Below, in pieces: positions 8,872 through 17,588 of a DNA stretch of 64,000 nucleotides. The position numbers and the translations under genes were made by a program. Numbering within the stretch: the stretch's first letter is position 1; every line of letters begins with the position of its first letter. The notes under the pieces were generated by a model. It was given only the letters and a program-made list of their open reading frames with translations. It did not search any database and had not been told where the DNA came from. The DNA is from an uncultured Gemmatimonadota bacterium (GTDB lineage Bacteria; Gemmatimonadota; Gemmatimonadetes; Palauibacterales; Palauibacteraceae), in contig CAYXHP010000148.1 of NCBI GenBank assembly GCA_964465015.1, forward strand, positions 2,072 through 66,071, read 5' to 3'.

Positions 8872-9822
8872 CTATGCGGCTCCGACCAGCTCCCGCACCG
8901 GCGTCATCCCGCCGTGGGCGTCGGGGACCTCCCCGTGCACGACGCCCATGAAGCGCCGCTGGATCTCGCGGGTCACCGGACCCATGCTCCCCGCACCGAT
9001 CTCGATCCGGTCCACGCTGCGGACCGGCGTCACCTCCGCGGCGGTTCCGGTGAAGAAGAGCTCGTCGGCCGAGTAGAGGGTCTCGCGTGGGACCGGGCCC
9101 TCCCGCACCGGGATGCCGAGGTCGTCCGCCAGCGTGAGGATGGCGTCCCGGGTGATGCCCCGGAGCGAGGTGCCGTCCAGCGCCGGCGTGACGAGGGTTC
9201 CGTTCCGCACCAGGAACAGGTTCTGGCCGCTCCCCTCGCTCACCAGTCCGCCCGGCCCGAGCGCGATCCCCTCCGAGAAGCCGTTGGCGATCGCCTCGAG
9301 CTTGATGAGGGTGGCGTTGGTGTAGTGACCGGCGGCCTTGGCGGCCGAGGGGAAGGTGTTGGGAGCCGGCCGGTGCCAGCTCGACACGCACACGTCGACC
9401 CCGCGCTCCAGAGCTCCCTCGCCCAGGTAGGTCCCCCACGGCCACACGGGGATCCACGTCTCGATGGGGCTGGCGCGCGTGTCGAGTCCGGCCGCCCCGT
9501 ACCCCCGGAGCACCATGGGCCGGATGTAGCAGGAGGCGAGGCCGTTGCGGGCCACCACCGCGCCGCACGCCTCCTCGAGTGTCCCGGGCGGGTGCTCGGG
9601 CGCCATGTGATAGACCCGGGCCGAGTCGTACAGGCGGCGAATGTGCTCGGGGAGGCGGAAGATGGCCGGGCCGTCCGCGGTCTCGTAGCAGCGGATTCCC
9701 TCGAACACGGAGGCTCCGAACTGCACGGCGCTCGACAGCAGGTGGACGGTGGCGTCCTCCCAGCGGACGAACTCACCATCCTTCCACATCCACTCGGTCT
9801 CGGTGAACTGCGACGCAGGCAT
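8872..9822 (-). CDS. ilvE: Branched-chain amino acid aminotransferase. Probable start at 9789 (MWKDGEFV...).
   Basis: WMWKDGEFVRWEDATVHLLSSAVQFGASVFEGIRCY...GAAKAAGHYTNATL...LFFTGTAAEVTPV. Confidence 0.85.
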   Translation of the reverse strand: MPASQFTETEWMWKDGEFVRWEDATVHLLSSAVQFGASVFEGIRCYETADGPAIFRLPEHIRRLYDSARVYHMAPEHPPGTLEEACGAVVARNGLASCYIRPMVLRGYGAAGLDTRASPIETWIPVWPWGTYLGEGALERGVDVCVSSWHRPAPNTFPSAAKAAGHYTNATLIKLEAIANGFSEGIALGPGGLVSEGSGQNLFLVRNGTLVTPALDGTSLRGITRDAILTLADDLGIPVREGPVPRETLYSADELFFTGTAAEVTPVRSVDRIEIGAGSMGPVTREIQRRFMGVVHGEVPDAHGGMTPVRELVGAA

Positions 9823-9860
9823 CGTGTCTCTCCGCTCGGTCGTGGCCGCCCGACGGCGGC

Positions 9861-10637
9861 CTATAGAAGGGACCGGATCCAGCCGCCGTCCACGGCGATC
9901 GAGCTCCCGGTGATGTAGGAAGCCCGCTCCGAGGCCAGGAAGGCGACCAGCGCCGCCAGCTCGCGCGGCTCACCGATTCGGCCCATGGGGATCTCGCGGT
10001 TCCAGTGCTCGAACGCATCCTCCGCCCCGTCCGATGTACCGGCCAGCTCCTCCAGGCGCGCCGTGCGCGTGTAGCCGGGCATCACGTTGTTCACCGTGAT
10101 CCCCTGCGCCGCCACGTCGTTGGCCAGCGTGCGCGCCAGCCCGGTCACCGCGGCCCGCAGGCTGTTGGACAGGATGAGGTTCTGGACCGGTTGCTTCACC
10201 GCGATGGACGTGATGGTGACGATCCGACCCCAGCGTCGCCCCTTCATGTCCGGGAGGACGCGCCGAACCATCTCGACCACGCTCTCGAGCAGGAGCCGCT
10301 CGGCGGCGCGCCACGTCTCGAGGTCGTGGGTCTCGAACGACCCGGCGGGGGGGCCGCCCGTGTTCGTGACCAGGATCTCCACCGGTCCGAAGGCCCGTTC
10401 GGCCCCCGAGACCGCCGCGTCGATGCCCGTGGTGGTGGAGAGATCGGCGGCCACGGCGGCCACCTCGGCACCCGTCTCGGAGGCGATCGCCGCCCGGGCC
10501 TCCTCCAGCCGCTCCTCCCCGCGGGCGCACAGCACCACCCGCGCGCCCTCGGCCGCCAGCTCGGCCGCCACCGCCCGGCCCAGGCCGCTGCTCGACCCGC
10601 CCACGAGCGCCACCCGTCCGGTCAGTCCCAGGTCCAT
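9861..10637 (-). CDS. SDR-fold oxidoreductase with a non-canonical active site
   Basis: It has the VALVGGSSSGLGRA Rossmann motif and NTGG. The YxxxK position reads S-N-S-L-R (ITSIAVKQPVQNLILSNSLRAAV), so the catalytic Tyr/Lys appear replaced by Ser/Arg. Confidence 0.75.
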   Translation of the reverse strand: MDLGLTGRVALVGGSSSGLGRAVAAELAAEGARVVLCARGEERLEEARAAIASETGAEVAAVAADLSTTTGIDAAVSGAERAFGPVEILVTNTGGPPAGSFETHDLETWRAAERLLLESVVEMVRRVLPDMKGRRWGRIVTITSIAVKQPVQNLILSNSLRAAVTGLARTLANDVAAQGITVNNVMPGYTRTARLEELAGTSDGAEDAFEHWNREIPMGRIGEPRELAALVAFLASERASYITGSSIAVDGGWIRSLL

Positions 10638-10657
10638 CGCTCCTCCCCGGTGCTCGA

Positions 10658-11035
10658 TCAGTCCTCGTCGTGGAAGTAGTCGTCGGTCCCGTCCAGCCAG
10701 TCCTGCCTGGGTGGACTGAACACGTCCACGTCCAGCGTGTCCTCGAGTGCCTCGGCGCGGTGGGGCAGGTGCGAGGGGATGTGCAGCACCTCACCCGACC
10801 GGACTACGACCTCCTCCTCACCGTCCTCGCCGAGCCAGAAGTGGAGCGCGCCCTCCAGAATGTAGGTGAGTTGCTCGTTGTCGTGGGAGTGCTTCGGGAC
10901 GATGGCGCCGCGGTCCAGGTAGACCTGGGCGAGCATCATGCGCTCGCCGGTCACCAGCCGCCGGCTGATCACGTCCGTGACCGGCTCCCGGGCCATGTCG
11001 TCCCAGCGGAAATGCCGGGCCTTCGCCTCGTTCAT
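10658..11035 (-). CDS. Cupin-domain protein
   Basis: IVPKHSHDNEQLTYILEG...GEVLHIPSHLPHRAEA, a two-His cupin motif pair. Confidence 0.7.
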   Translation of the reverse strand: MNEAKARHFRWDDMAREPVTDVISRRLVTGERMMLAQVYLDRGAIVPKHSHDNEQLTYILEGALHFWLGEDGEEEVVVRSGEVLHIPSHLPHRAEALEDTLDVDVFSPPRQDWLDGTDDYFHDED

Positions 11036-11196
11036 GTCGTGGCTCCTCGCGTGGGTGGACTCCAGCTCAATGGGCGGCCGGAGGGGTCGTCGGGCAAGGG
11101 AGGAGCCGTGCGACAGGCGCCCGGGCCGGCGCGGTCCACCCGTCGGCTCGGAACGATGGCCCTATGGCCCTCGCCGGTCGGGGTGCGGGGGGGCGC

Positions 11197-11997
11197 TCAG
11201 GTCGAGTCGCTCTCCTCCCAGTATCGGGTGCTCGTGGCGGGAGCCCAGCGGGCGGGATCGAACAGGGCGGGGTCCAGAGTGTCCGGGGCCCGGATGTCCG
11301 AGTACTCCTCGGTCTGGAACAGCCGGCCGTCCACCCGCAGGTCCAGGTGCGTCTCTACCCAGCCGTCGCCGAGGGGCTGCCAACCGCCGATCGTCGCGTC
11401 CAGGAGCCTTCCGTCGCCGAGAGGCTGGATGTCGCGCACCGCCAGGAGCCGGTCCGCGTCGACCCAGAACTGGGGGGACGTCGTGTCCCCCGCCGCGGCT
11501 CCCACGATCCACACCGGACGGCCCTCGAGCGTGTCCCGCCGGGCCAAGGACAGGTCGATCCCCAGGCTGTCCAGCACGTGGGCCGAGCGCTCGACCGGCT
11601 GCAGGTAGACATCCGAGAGCAGCACGGCGAGCGGATTGGTGTCGGAGGCCGAGTCTGCCAGCTGGCCGGACCTGAACCCGTACCGCTGGCCGTCCACGTA
11701 GAGAACCCCGTTGCCCTCGGCCAGGGGCTCCATGTCGATGCGGAGCTTCCCGAGCGCCAGCGCCTCGTGCCAGAGCGTCGTGTCCTGGACCCCGGGCTTC
11801 GGGTATCGGATGGTCCGCTGCGTGAACGTCACGTAGGGAGGCCAGTGCCCCTGGTAGAGGTCGTGCATGGCCTGGAGCACCTCGTGGCCGCTGCGGAAGC
11901 TCCGGCCGGGGGGCGACCCGTCATCCGAGCCGCAGGCCGAGGTCACGGCGAGCGCGGCGGCGACGAGGACGGACGCGGCGGCGGCGGGACGATGCAT
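11197..11997 (-). CDS. Hypothetical lipoprotein
   Basis: Signal peptide followed by LAVTSAC|GSDD (lipobox-like). No recognisable catalytic motif. Confidence 0.55.
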   Translation of the reverse strand: MHRPAAAASVLVAAALAVTSACGSDDGSPPGRSFRSGHEVLQAMHDLYQGHWPPYVTFTQRTIRYPKPGVQDTTLWHEALALGKLRIDMEPLAEGNGVLYVDGQRYGFRSGQLADSASDTNPLAVLLSDVYLQPVERSAHVLDSLGIDLSLARRDTLEGRPVWIVGAAAGDTTSPQFWVDADRLLAVRDIQPLGDGRLLDATIGGWQPLGDGWVETHLDLRVDGRLFQTEEYSDIRAPDTLDPALFDPARWAPATSTRYWEESDST

Positions 11998-12287
11998 CGG
12001 TGCCTCTCGGGCTCGGGGGCCGGGGGACGGCGTCCGGATCCCGGCATCCTAAGTCCCGGGCTCTCCGTGTCAATCGTCCGCGAGTCCGGGTCGGCGGATG
12101 GAGAGGTCGATGGGGTCGATTTTTCCCGGGGTCGGGGAATGGGAGGGCGGGCCGATCGGGCGCCGCGCGCGGAAGCGACGTGGCAAGGGGGCTGGACGGC
12201 CCGGATCCCCGTGCTAGATTTCCGCGCTCGATCCGCGCGGGCCCCGCTCCGGGAGCCCCTGTCTTCTCTTTCAGGAGACGACCTCCC

Positions 12288-12995
12288 ATGAAGGCCAGTG
12301 ACATCCGCCGCGGGCACGTGTTGCTCGTGGACGGCGCGCCGTGTCGGGTGATGGAGTTCCAGCACCGCACGCCCGGCAACCTGCGCGCCTTCGTCCAGGT
12401 CCGGCTGCGGGGCCTGCTCTCGGGGAAGAGCTTCGACCAGCGGTTCAGCGCCACGCAGTCGGTCCAGGAAGTGCGGGTGGAATCCCGTCCGATGCAGGCG
12501 CTCTACCGCGACGCGGCCGGACTGCACGCCATGGACTCGGGGACGTACGAGGAGCACGTGCTCGACGACGAGACCGTGGGTGAACTGGGCAGCTGGCTGG
12601 AGCCCGGCGCCATGTTCTCGGTGGAGTGGCTGGAGGGGCGGGCGATCGGGGTCGAGCCTCCCGCCGCGGTGGAGGCGCAGGTGGTGGAGACCGCGCCCGT
12701 GGTCCGCGGGGCTACCAAGACGGCGAGCACCAAGCCGGCCCGGCTGGACAACGGGGCCACGGTGCAGGTGCCGGAGTTCGTCGGGGTGGGGGACCGCATC
12801 CGGGCCCGACCCCTGGACGGCACCTACCTGGAGCGCGCCTGGCGGGGGCCCACATACCGGTATGATCTCGTGCGAGCAGTGTCGCCGCGCCCGACGCCGT
12901 CCAGTGTCGGGATGTGCACTTTTTGCAGGTACGTGGACCGACCTCGGCCCCCCGGGTGGATGTGCACTGCGGACGATGTCCCTATCTTAGTCTAA
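12288..12995 (+). CDS. efp: Elongation factor P with an atypical ~50 aa C-terminal extension. The canonical end would be near 12850.
   Basis: MKASDIRRGHVLLVDGAPCRVMEFQHRTPGNLRAFVQVRLRGLLSGKSFDQRF...VQVPEFVGVGDRIRARPLDGTYLERA. An RBS (AGGAGA) lies 10 nt upstream. The in-frame stop is only at 12993..12995. Confidence 0.85.
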   Translation: MKASDIRRGHVLLVDGAPCRVMEFQHRTPGNLRAFVQVRLRGLLSGKSFDQRFSATQSVQEVRVESRPMQALYRDAAGLHAMDSGTYEEHVLDDETVGELGSWLEPGAMFSVEWLEGRAIGVEPPAAVEAQVVETAPVVRGATKTASTKPARLDNGATVQVPEFVGVGDRIRARPLDGTYLERAWRGPTYRYDLVRAVSPRPTPSSVGMCTFCRYVDRPRPPGWMCTADDVPILV

Positions 12996-13199
12996 TGACA
13001 CCAACGGGTTGAGGTCGACGGAAACTCACCCGGACAACCGCTGCCGATCCCCGGCACGTTGGCTGCACGGGCAGACGGTAGTTCAGGGGAACGGGCGCTT
13101 CCCGGCCGACGGGTCGGGGAACCCTCGCGACGGGGGCCGGAAGCCCAATCGGGCGGCCGGCCCCCGTCTGCTTGCACCGTGCTTCCCTCGCTTCCCGCT

Positions 13200-14945
13200 T
13201 CAGCCGGCGCTGTCCGCGCCGGTGTCCTGGCCTCCCCCCGTGACCTTCAGGTCCGCCGTCCGGCGGAACGTGGGCGGCCGACGTACCTTGGTGGCCTGCT
13301 CGAACGCGTATGCCAGCTTGAGGAGTGTGGGCTCGCTCCAGGCCCGGCCCACGAACGAGAAGCCGACCGGCAGCCCGAAGACGTAGCCGGCGGGCACCGT
13401 GATGTGGGGGTAGCCGGCCACAGCGGCGGGCGAGGTGAAGCTCCCGCCGGCGCCGACGTCGCCGTTCACGAGGTCGATCAGCCATGGCGGGCCGGACGTC
13501 GGGGCCACCAGCGCGTCGAGCCGGTGCGCGTCCATGACCTTGTCGATTCCCTCGGTCCGGGTGAGCCGGTGGTTCTTCTCGAGCGCCTTGCGGTAGGCGG
13601 CCTCGGTGAGTGGCCCCTTCTTCTGGGCTTGCAGCATGATGTCCTGGCCGAAGTAGGGCATCTCGCGGCCGGCGTGGGCCCGGTTGAAGGCGATCACGTC
13701 GGCCAGCGAGCGCACCGGCGCGCCCGGCCCGAGCTCCGTCAGGTACTTGTCGAGGTCCGCCTTGAACTCGTACAGGAGGACGTCGAACTCGGAGTCTCCC
13801 CACTTTCCGGCCGTGGCGATGTCGGCGGGGTCGACGAGCACCGCGCCCGCGTTCTTCAGGACCCGCAGCGCGTTCTCGGCGATCGCGTCGGCGTGGGGGT
13901 TGTAGCCGAAGTAGTGGCTCCGGGCCACGCCGATGCGGGCGCCCTTCAGCCCGGCGGGATCGAGGAAGCGCGTGTAGTCCTTCTCTACGTGGCCGCCGGC
14001 CGCCGCCGTGGCCGGGTCCCGGGGGTCGGGCCCCGCCATGGCGCCGAGCAGGAGGGCCGCGTCCCTCACCGTCCGCGCCATCGGCCCGGCCGTGTCCTGG
14101 CTGTGGGCGATGGGGACGATCCCGGCGCGGCTCACCAGCCCGAGCGTGGGCTTGATCCCGACCAGGGAGCTGGCGTTGGAGGGACAGGTCACCGACCCAT
14201 CGGTCTCGGTCCCGACCGCGACCGTGCAGAAGCTGGCCGAGGCGGCGGCCCCCGATCCCGAGCTCGAGCCGCACGGGGTGCGATCGATGGCGTACGGGTT
14301 CCGGCCCTGTCCCCCGCGGCCGCTCCATCCGCTCGAGGAATGGGAGGAGCGGAAGTTGGCCCACTCGCTGAGGTTGGTCTTCCCGAGCAGGATGGCGCCC
14401 GCGTCCCGCAGGCGCGCAGCCAGGTGGGCATCGCGCGGGACCTTCGCCCCGACCAGCGCCAGGGAGCCCGCCGCGCTCTCCATGCGATCGTCCGTGGCGA
14501 TGTTGTCCTTGAGGAGCACCGGGATCCCGTGCAGCGGCCCCCTCGCCCCCTTCGACTTGCGCTCGGCATCCAGCCGGTCGGCGATGTCGAGCGCTGCGGG
14601 ATTGGTCTGCAGCACCTGCGCCAGACGGGGGCCCTTCCCGTCCAGGGCGTCGATGCGCTCGAGGTAGGCCTCCGTGAGACCGCGCGCCGTGAGGCTCCCT
14701 TCCTCCATGCGCTTTTGGAGGTCGGTGATCGTCGCCTCCTCGTACTCGAAGGCCGGGATGTCGAAATCGGCCTCGCCGCCCTCCCCGCGCCGGGCGTCGC
14801 TCCGCTCCGCGTCCTGTCCGGCACAGGCCAGGGCGGCCGGTCCGGCGGCCACGGCCAGCCCTCCCACCGCCGCGTCGCGGAGGAAGTGCCGGCGGGTCAG
14901 CGGTCTCGAAGGCGTAGCCTCGACCTCGGGACGATGGTCTCCCAT
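13200..14945 (-). CDS. Amidase (amidase-signature family), Tat-secreted
   Basis: ATG at 14945 (MGDHRPEV...). It has an SRPLTRRHFLRDAAVGG twin-arginine motif and the GSSSGSGAA (GGSSGG-type) signature. The 777-aa and 727-aa ORFs on the track here are junk frames. Confidence 0.85.
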   Translation of the reverse strand: MGDHRPEVEATPSRPLTRRHFLRDAAVGGLAVAAGPAALACAGQDAERSDARRGEGGEADFDIPAFEYEEATITDLQKRMEEGSLTARGLTEAYLERIDALDGKGPRLAQVLQTNPAALDIADRLDAERKSKGARGPLHGIPVLLKDNIATDDRMESAAGSLALVGAKVPRDAHLAARLRDAGAILLGKTNLSEWANFRSSHSSSGWSGRGGQGRNPYAIDRTPCGSSSGSGAAASASFCTVAVGTETDGSVTCPSNASSLVGIKPTLGLVSRAGIVPIAHSQDTAGPMARTVRDAALLLGAMAGPDPRDPATAAAGGHVEKDYTRFLDPAGLKGARIGVARSHYFGYNPHADAIAENALRVLKNAGAVLVDPADIATAGKWGDSEFDVLLYEFKADLDKYLTELGPGAPVRSLADVIAFNRAHAGREMPYFGQDIMLQAQKKGPLTEAAYRKALEKNHRLTRTEGIDKVMDAHRLDALVAPTSGPPWLIDLVNGDVGAGGSFTSPAAVAGYPHITVPAGYVFGLPVGFSFVGRAWSEPTLLKLAYAFEQATKVRRPPTFRRTADLKVTGGGQDTGADSAG

Positions 14946-15229
14946 GACGTGGCTCCTTTTCGAAGAAGGGGAGGGTCGGCGCGCTCCCCGGCGCGCCCGG
15001 CCATGTTCGGTCGCGCGGGCGGGGTGCCGCAACCCGAACGCCCGCCCCGGGCACCGGAGCCGCGACCGGCCGGAGCCTCCGCGGGGTCGGCGCCGCGATG
15101 GAGAGGCCCGGCCCCGGTCCCGTCGCCGCGACGCGGGAGCGGCTCTGCCCGCCCGGACCGTTCCAACCTGCCCGGCCCGGCGCGTGTCCCATGCACGTAT
15201 GAGCGAGCCATCGGTGGCCGGCTGAAGCG

Positions 15230-15853
15230 GTGGAGTCCGTGATGCGTCCCGGGCGCGGGATGACGGGATCGGGCGACGCGTCCGGCTCCCCGGTTGACCC
15301 GGGGAGCGGCGGCACCCCGGCCTCGGGAGCCGCTTCGCGGCCGGGACGACCGGCCGGGCAGCGGGAGTCCCGGGAGGCGCGCTTCGAGCGCCTCTACCGG
15401 GAGAGCTCGGGGCGCGTGTACGGCCTGTGCCTCCGCATGTGCGGCGACCCCGCCCTCGCGGAGGAGATCGCCCAGGAGGCCTTCGTGAAGGCCTGGGAGA
15501 AGCTGGACACGTTCCGCGGCGAGGCCCGCATCACGACCTGGATGCACCGGCTCACCGTGAACGTGGCCCTGAACACGCTGCGCGGCCGCAAGCGCCGCCC
15601 CGCCACCGGCGAGGACCCGGAGGTGCTCGAGCGGCTGGGCGGCGGCACGGAGGACGGGGCGCCGGTGGACCGGATCGCGCTGGAGCGGGCGGTTCGGCAG
15701 CTGCCCGAGCGGGCCCGGATGGTGTTCGCGCTCTATGACGTGGAAGGATATCCGCAGGAGGAGATCGCCGAGATGATGGGCACGAGCGTAGGGACGGTGA
15801 AGTCTCAGCTGCACCGCGCCCGCCAGCTTCTGCGCGAGGAGCTCCGGGCGTGA
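15230..15853 (+). CDS. ECF (sigma-70 family) RNA polymerase sigma factor. The N-terminal start is uncertain; alternatives are at 15242 and 15260.
   Basis: ERLYRESSGRVYGLCLRMCGD...VKAWEKLDTFRGEARITTWMHRLTVNVALN...GYPQEEIAEMMGTSVGTVKSQLHRAR (regions 2 and 4). Confidence 0.85.
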   Translation: MESVMRPGRGMTGSGDASGSPVDPGSGGTPASGAASRPGRPAGQRESREARFERLYRESSGRVYGLCLRMCGDPALAEEIAQEAFVKAWEKLDTFRGEARITTWMHRLTVNVALNTLRGRKRRPATGEDPEVLERLGGGTEDGAPVDRIALERAVRQLPERARMVFALYDVEGYPQEEIAEMMGTSVGTVKSQLHRARQLLREELRA

Positions 15854-16659
15854 ACGCGCACCCGCACGAGGAGCGCGTGCACGACTACGTGGACGGGCTC
15901 CTGGCGGCCACCTACCGCGAGAAGGTCGAGGCCCATCTGGCGAGCTGCGCCACGTGCCGCGCCGAGGTGGAGTCGATTCGGCGCCTGATCGCGGCCGCGG
16001 CCGCGCTCCCGCGGAGCGTCGAGCCGCCCGCGTCGCTGTGGCGCGCCGTGGCCGCGCGGACCGTCGAGCGCGGAGAGGTCGCGGTCGGGGCGACCGGGCC
16101 TTCGCAGGGCGTGCGGCCGGCGGAGGTCGCGCCCCGTCGGGCCCGCGGGAGGGTGTTGTGGCTGGGCGCGCGCACGCTGCGCTCGGTGCGCTGGGAGCTG
16201 GCCGCGGCGGCCGCGGTCCTGGTGGCGCTGTCGTCCGTCGTGACCGCGGTGGTCGTGCGGGACGGCACCGGTGGCCCGGCCGGCGGCGACGCCCCGAGCC
16301 TGGCCGTCGGTGGCCCCAACGTCGGCGCGACGGAGGTCCCGGCCGCCGGGAACCCGACCGCTCCGGTGGCCGGGAACGCGACCGGGCCCGCGGCGGTCAC
16401 CGCGGCCTCTCTGGTCGAGTCCGCGTACGAGCCCACGGTGGCCCGGCTGCGAGCGGAGCTGGCCGCGCGGCGGTCCGAGCTCTCGCCGGCGACGATCGCC
16501 GTGGTGGACTCGAACCTCCAGGTGATCGACCGGGCTATCGCGGCGACGCGGGCCGCGCTGGCGGCCGACCCGAGCAGCCGGCCGGCGGCGAGCCTGCTGG
16601 CGACGATGTATCGCAAGAAGATCGGAGTGCTGGAGCAGACGCTCCGGCTCGGAACCTGA
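15850..16659 (+). CDS. Anti-sigma factor with a Zn-finger (HxxxCxxC) and a single transmembrane helix
   Basis: GTG start overlapping the sigma stop (GTGA). HLASCATCRAE motif. TM helix WELAAAAAVLVALSSVVTAVVV. Confidence 0.7.
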   Translation: MNAHPHEERVHDYVDGLLAATYREKVEAHLASCATCRAEVESIRRLIAAAAALPRSVEPPASLWRAVAARTVERGEVAVGATGPSQGVRPAEVAPRRARGRVLWLGARTLRSVRWELAAAAAVLVALSSVVTAVVVRDGTGGPAGGDAPSLAVGGPNVGATEVPAAGNPTAPVAGNATGPAAVTAASLVESAYEPTVARLRAELAARRSELSPATIAVVDSNLQVIDRAIAATRAALAADPSSRPAASLLATMYRKKIGVLEQTLRLGT

Positions 16660-16676
16660 GAAAGGGACGCGCTCGC

Positions 16677-17552
16677 ATGAGAGCCTCGTGGGATGGAACA
16701 AGGTCGGTGGCGCTCCTGGCGCTCCTCACCGGCGCGGCTGTGGCGGGCCCGGCGGCGGCCCAGGAAGCCGGCTCGCTGTCGCGCACCGTGTCTCAGAACG
16801 GCCTGGTGTCGATCTCGGCCCGCGCCGATCGGCTGGTGGTGACCGGCGAGGACGGTGACCGGGTGACGGTGCGGGGCGGCTCCGAGGAGCTCCGGGGACT
16901 TCGGCTCGAGGGCGGCGGGAACCGGGTGACGGTGCGCGGGACGAGCTCCGACGGCGAGCTGGACATCTCGGTGCCGAAGGGCGTGGACGTGACGATCCAG
17001 GGCCGGAGCGACGTGACGGTGCGGGGCGTGAACGGCAGCGTCGAGATCGAGACGTCCAGCGGTGACATCGACGTCCACGGGGACCCGCGCCGCCTGAGCA
17101 TCGAGGGCCTGTCCGGAAACGTGGAGGTCGACGGCTCGCCGCCCAACCTGCGTGTCAACACGGTCTCCGGCGACATCACGGTCGGGAGCGCCACGGGCTA
17201 CGTGGATCTCTCCACCTCGTCCGGCGACATCGAGGTGGGGGGCGAGAAGGTGAGCCATGGGCGTTTCGCGACCGCGTCCGGGGACATCGTCTTCCGAGCC
17301 CGCCCGACTCCGTCGGCGACCCTGTCCTTCCAGACCGCCTCGGGGGACGTGACGCTGGAGCTGCCCGGCGACGTCGGCGCCACGTTCGACGTGACCACGG
17401 TGGGAGGCGACCTCGTGAGCGATCGTCGGGCCACGCTGCTCGGCAGTCAGCACTTCGGTGGGGGGCGTCAGTACCGGCTTTCAGTGGGGGACGGCTCCGT
17501 GCGGGTCACAGTGGAGGCGGTGGGCGGAACGGTTCGGATCGGCCGGCCCTGA
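16677..17552 (+). CDS. DUF4097-family putative adhesin / beta-helix protein, secreted
   Basis: Signal peptide. Repeated blocks DVTVRG / GDIDV / GNVEVDG / GDITVGS typical of DUF4097 (YvlB-like). Confidence 0.7.
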   Translation: MRASWDGTRSVALLALLTGAAVAGPAAAQEAGSLSRTVSQNGLVSISARADRLVVTGEDGDRVTVRGGSEELRGLRLEGGGNRVTVRGTSSDGELDISVPKGVDVTIQGRSDVTVRGVNGSVEIETSSGDIDVHGDPRRLSIEGLSGNVEVDGSPPNLRVNTVSGDITVGSATGYVDLSTSSGDIEVGGEKVSHGRFATASGDIVFRARPTPSATLSFQTASGDVTLELPGDVGATFDVTTVGGDLVSDRRATLLGSQHFGGGRQYRLSVGDGSVRVTVEAVGGTVRIGRP

Positions 17553-17588
17553 GCGGCCGGCGCACGAAGAACAGCGGGAGGTAGGGAG

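Noticed and set aside
13065-13175. Possible tRNA-like inverted ends (GCAGACGG ... CCGTCTGC) in the efp/amidase intergenic region
   Set aside because: I could not build a cloverleaf. There are no credible D/anticodon/T arms and no T-loop consensus. It is more likely a plain hairpin.
12982-15315. 777-aa minus ORF and 727-aa plus ORF (13059..15242) spanning the amidase locus
   Set aside because: Only the frame 13200..14945 carries the amidase-signature and Tat motifs. The others are Arg/Gly/Pro junk overlapping it.
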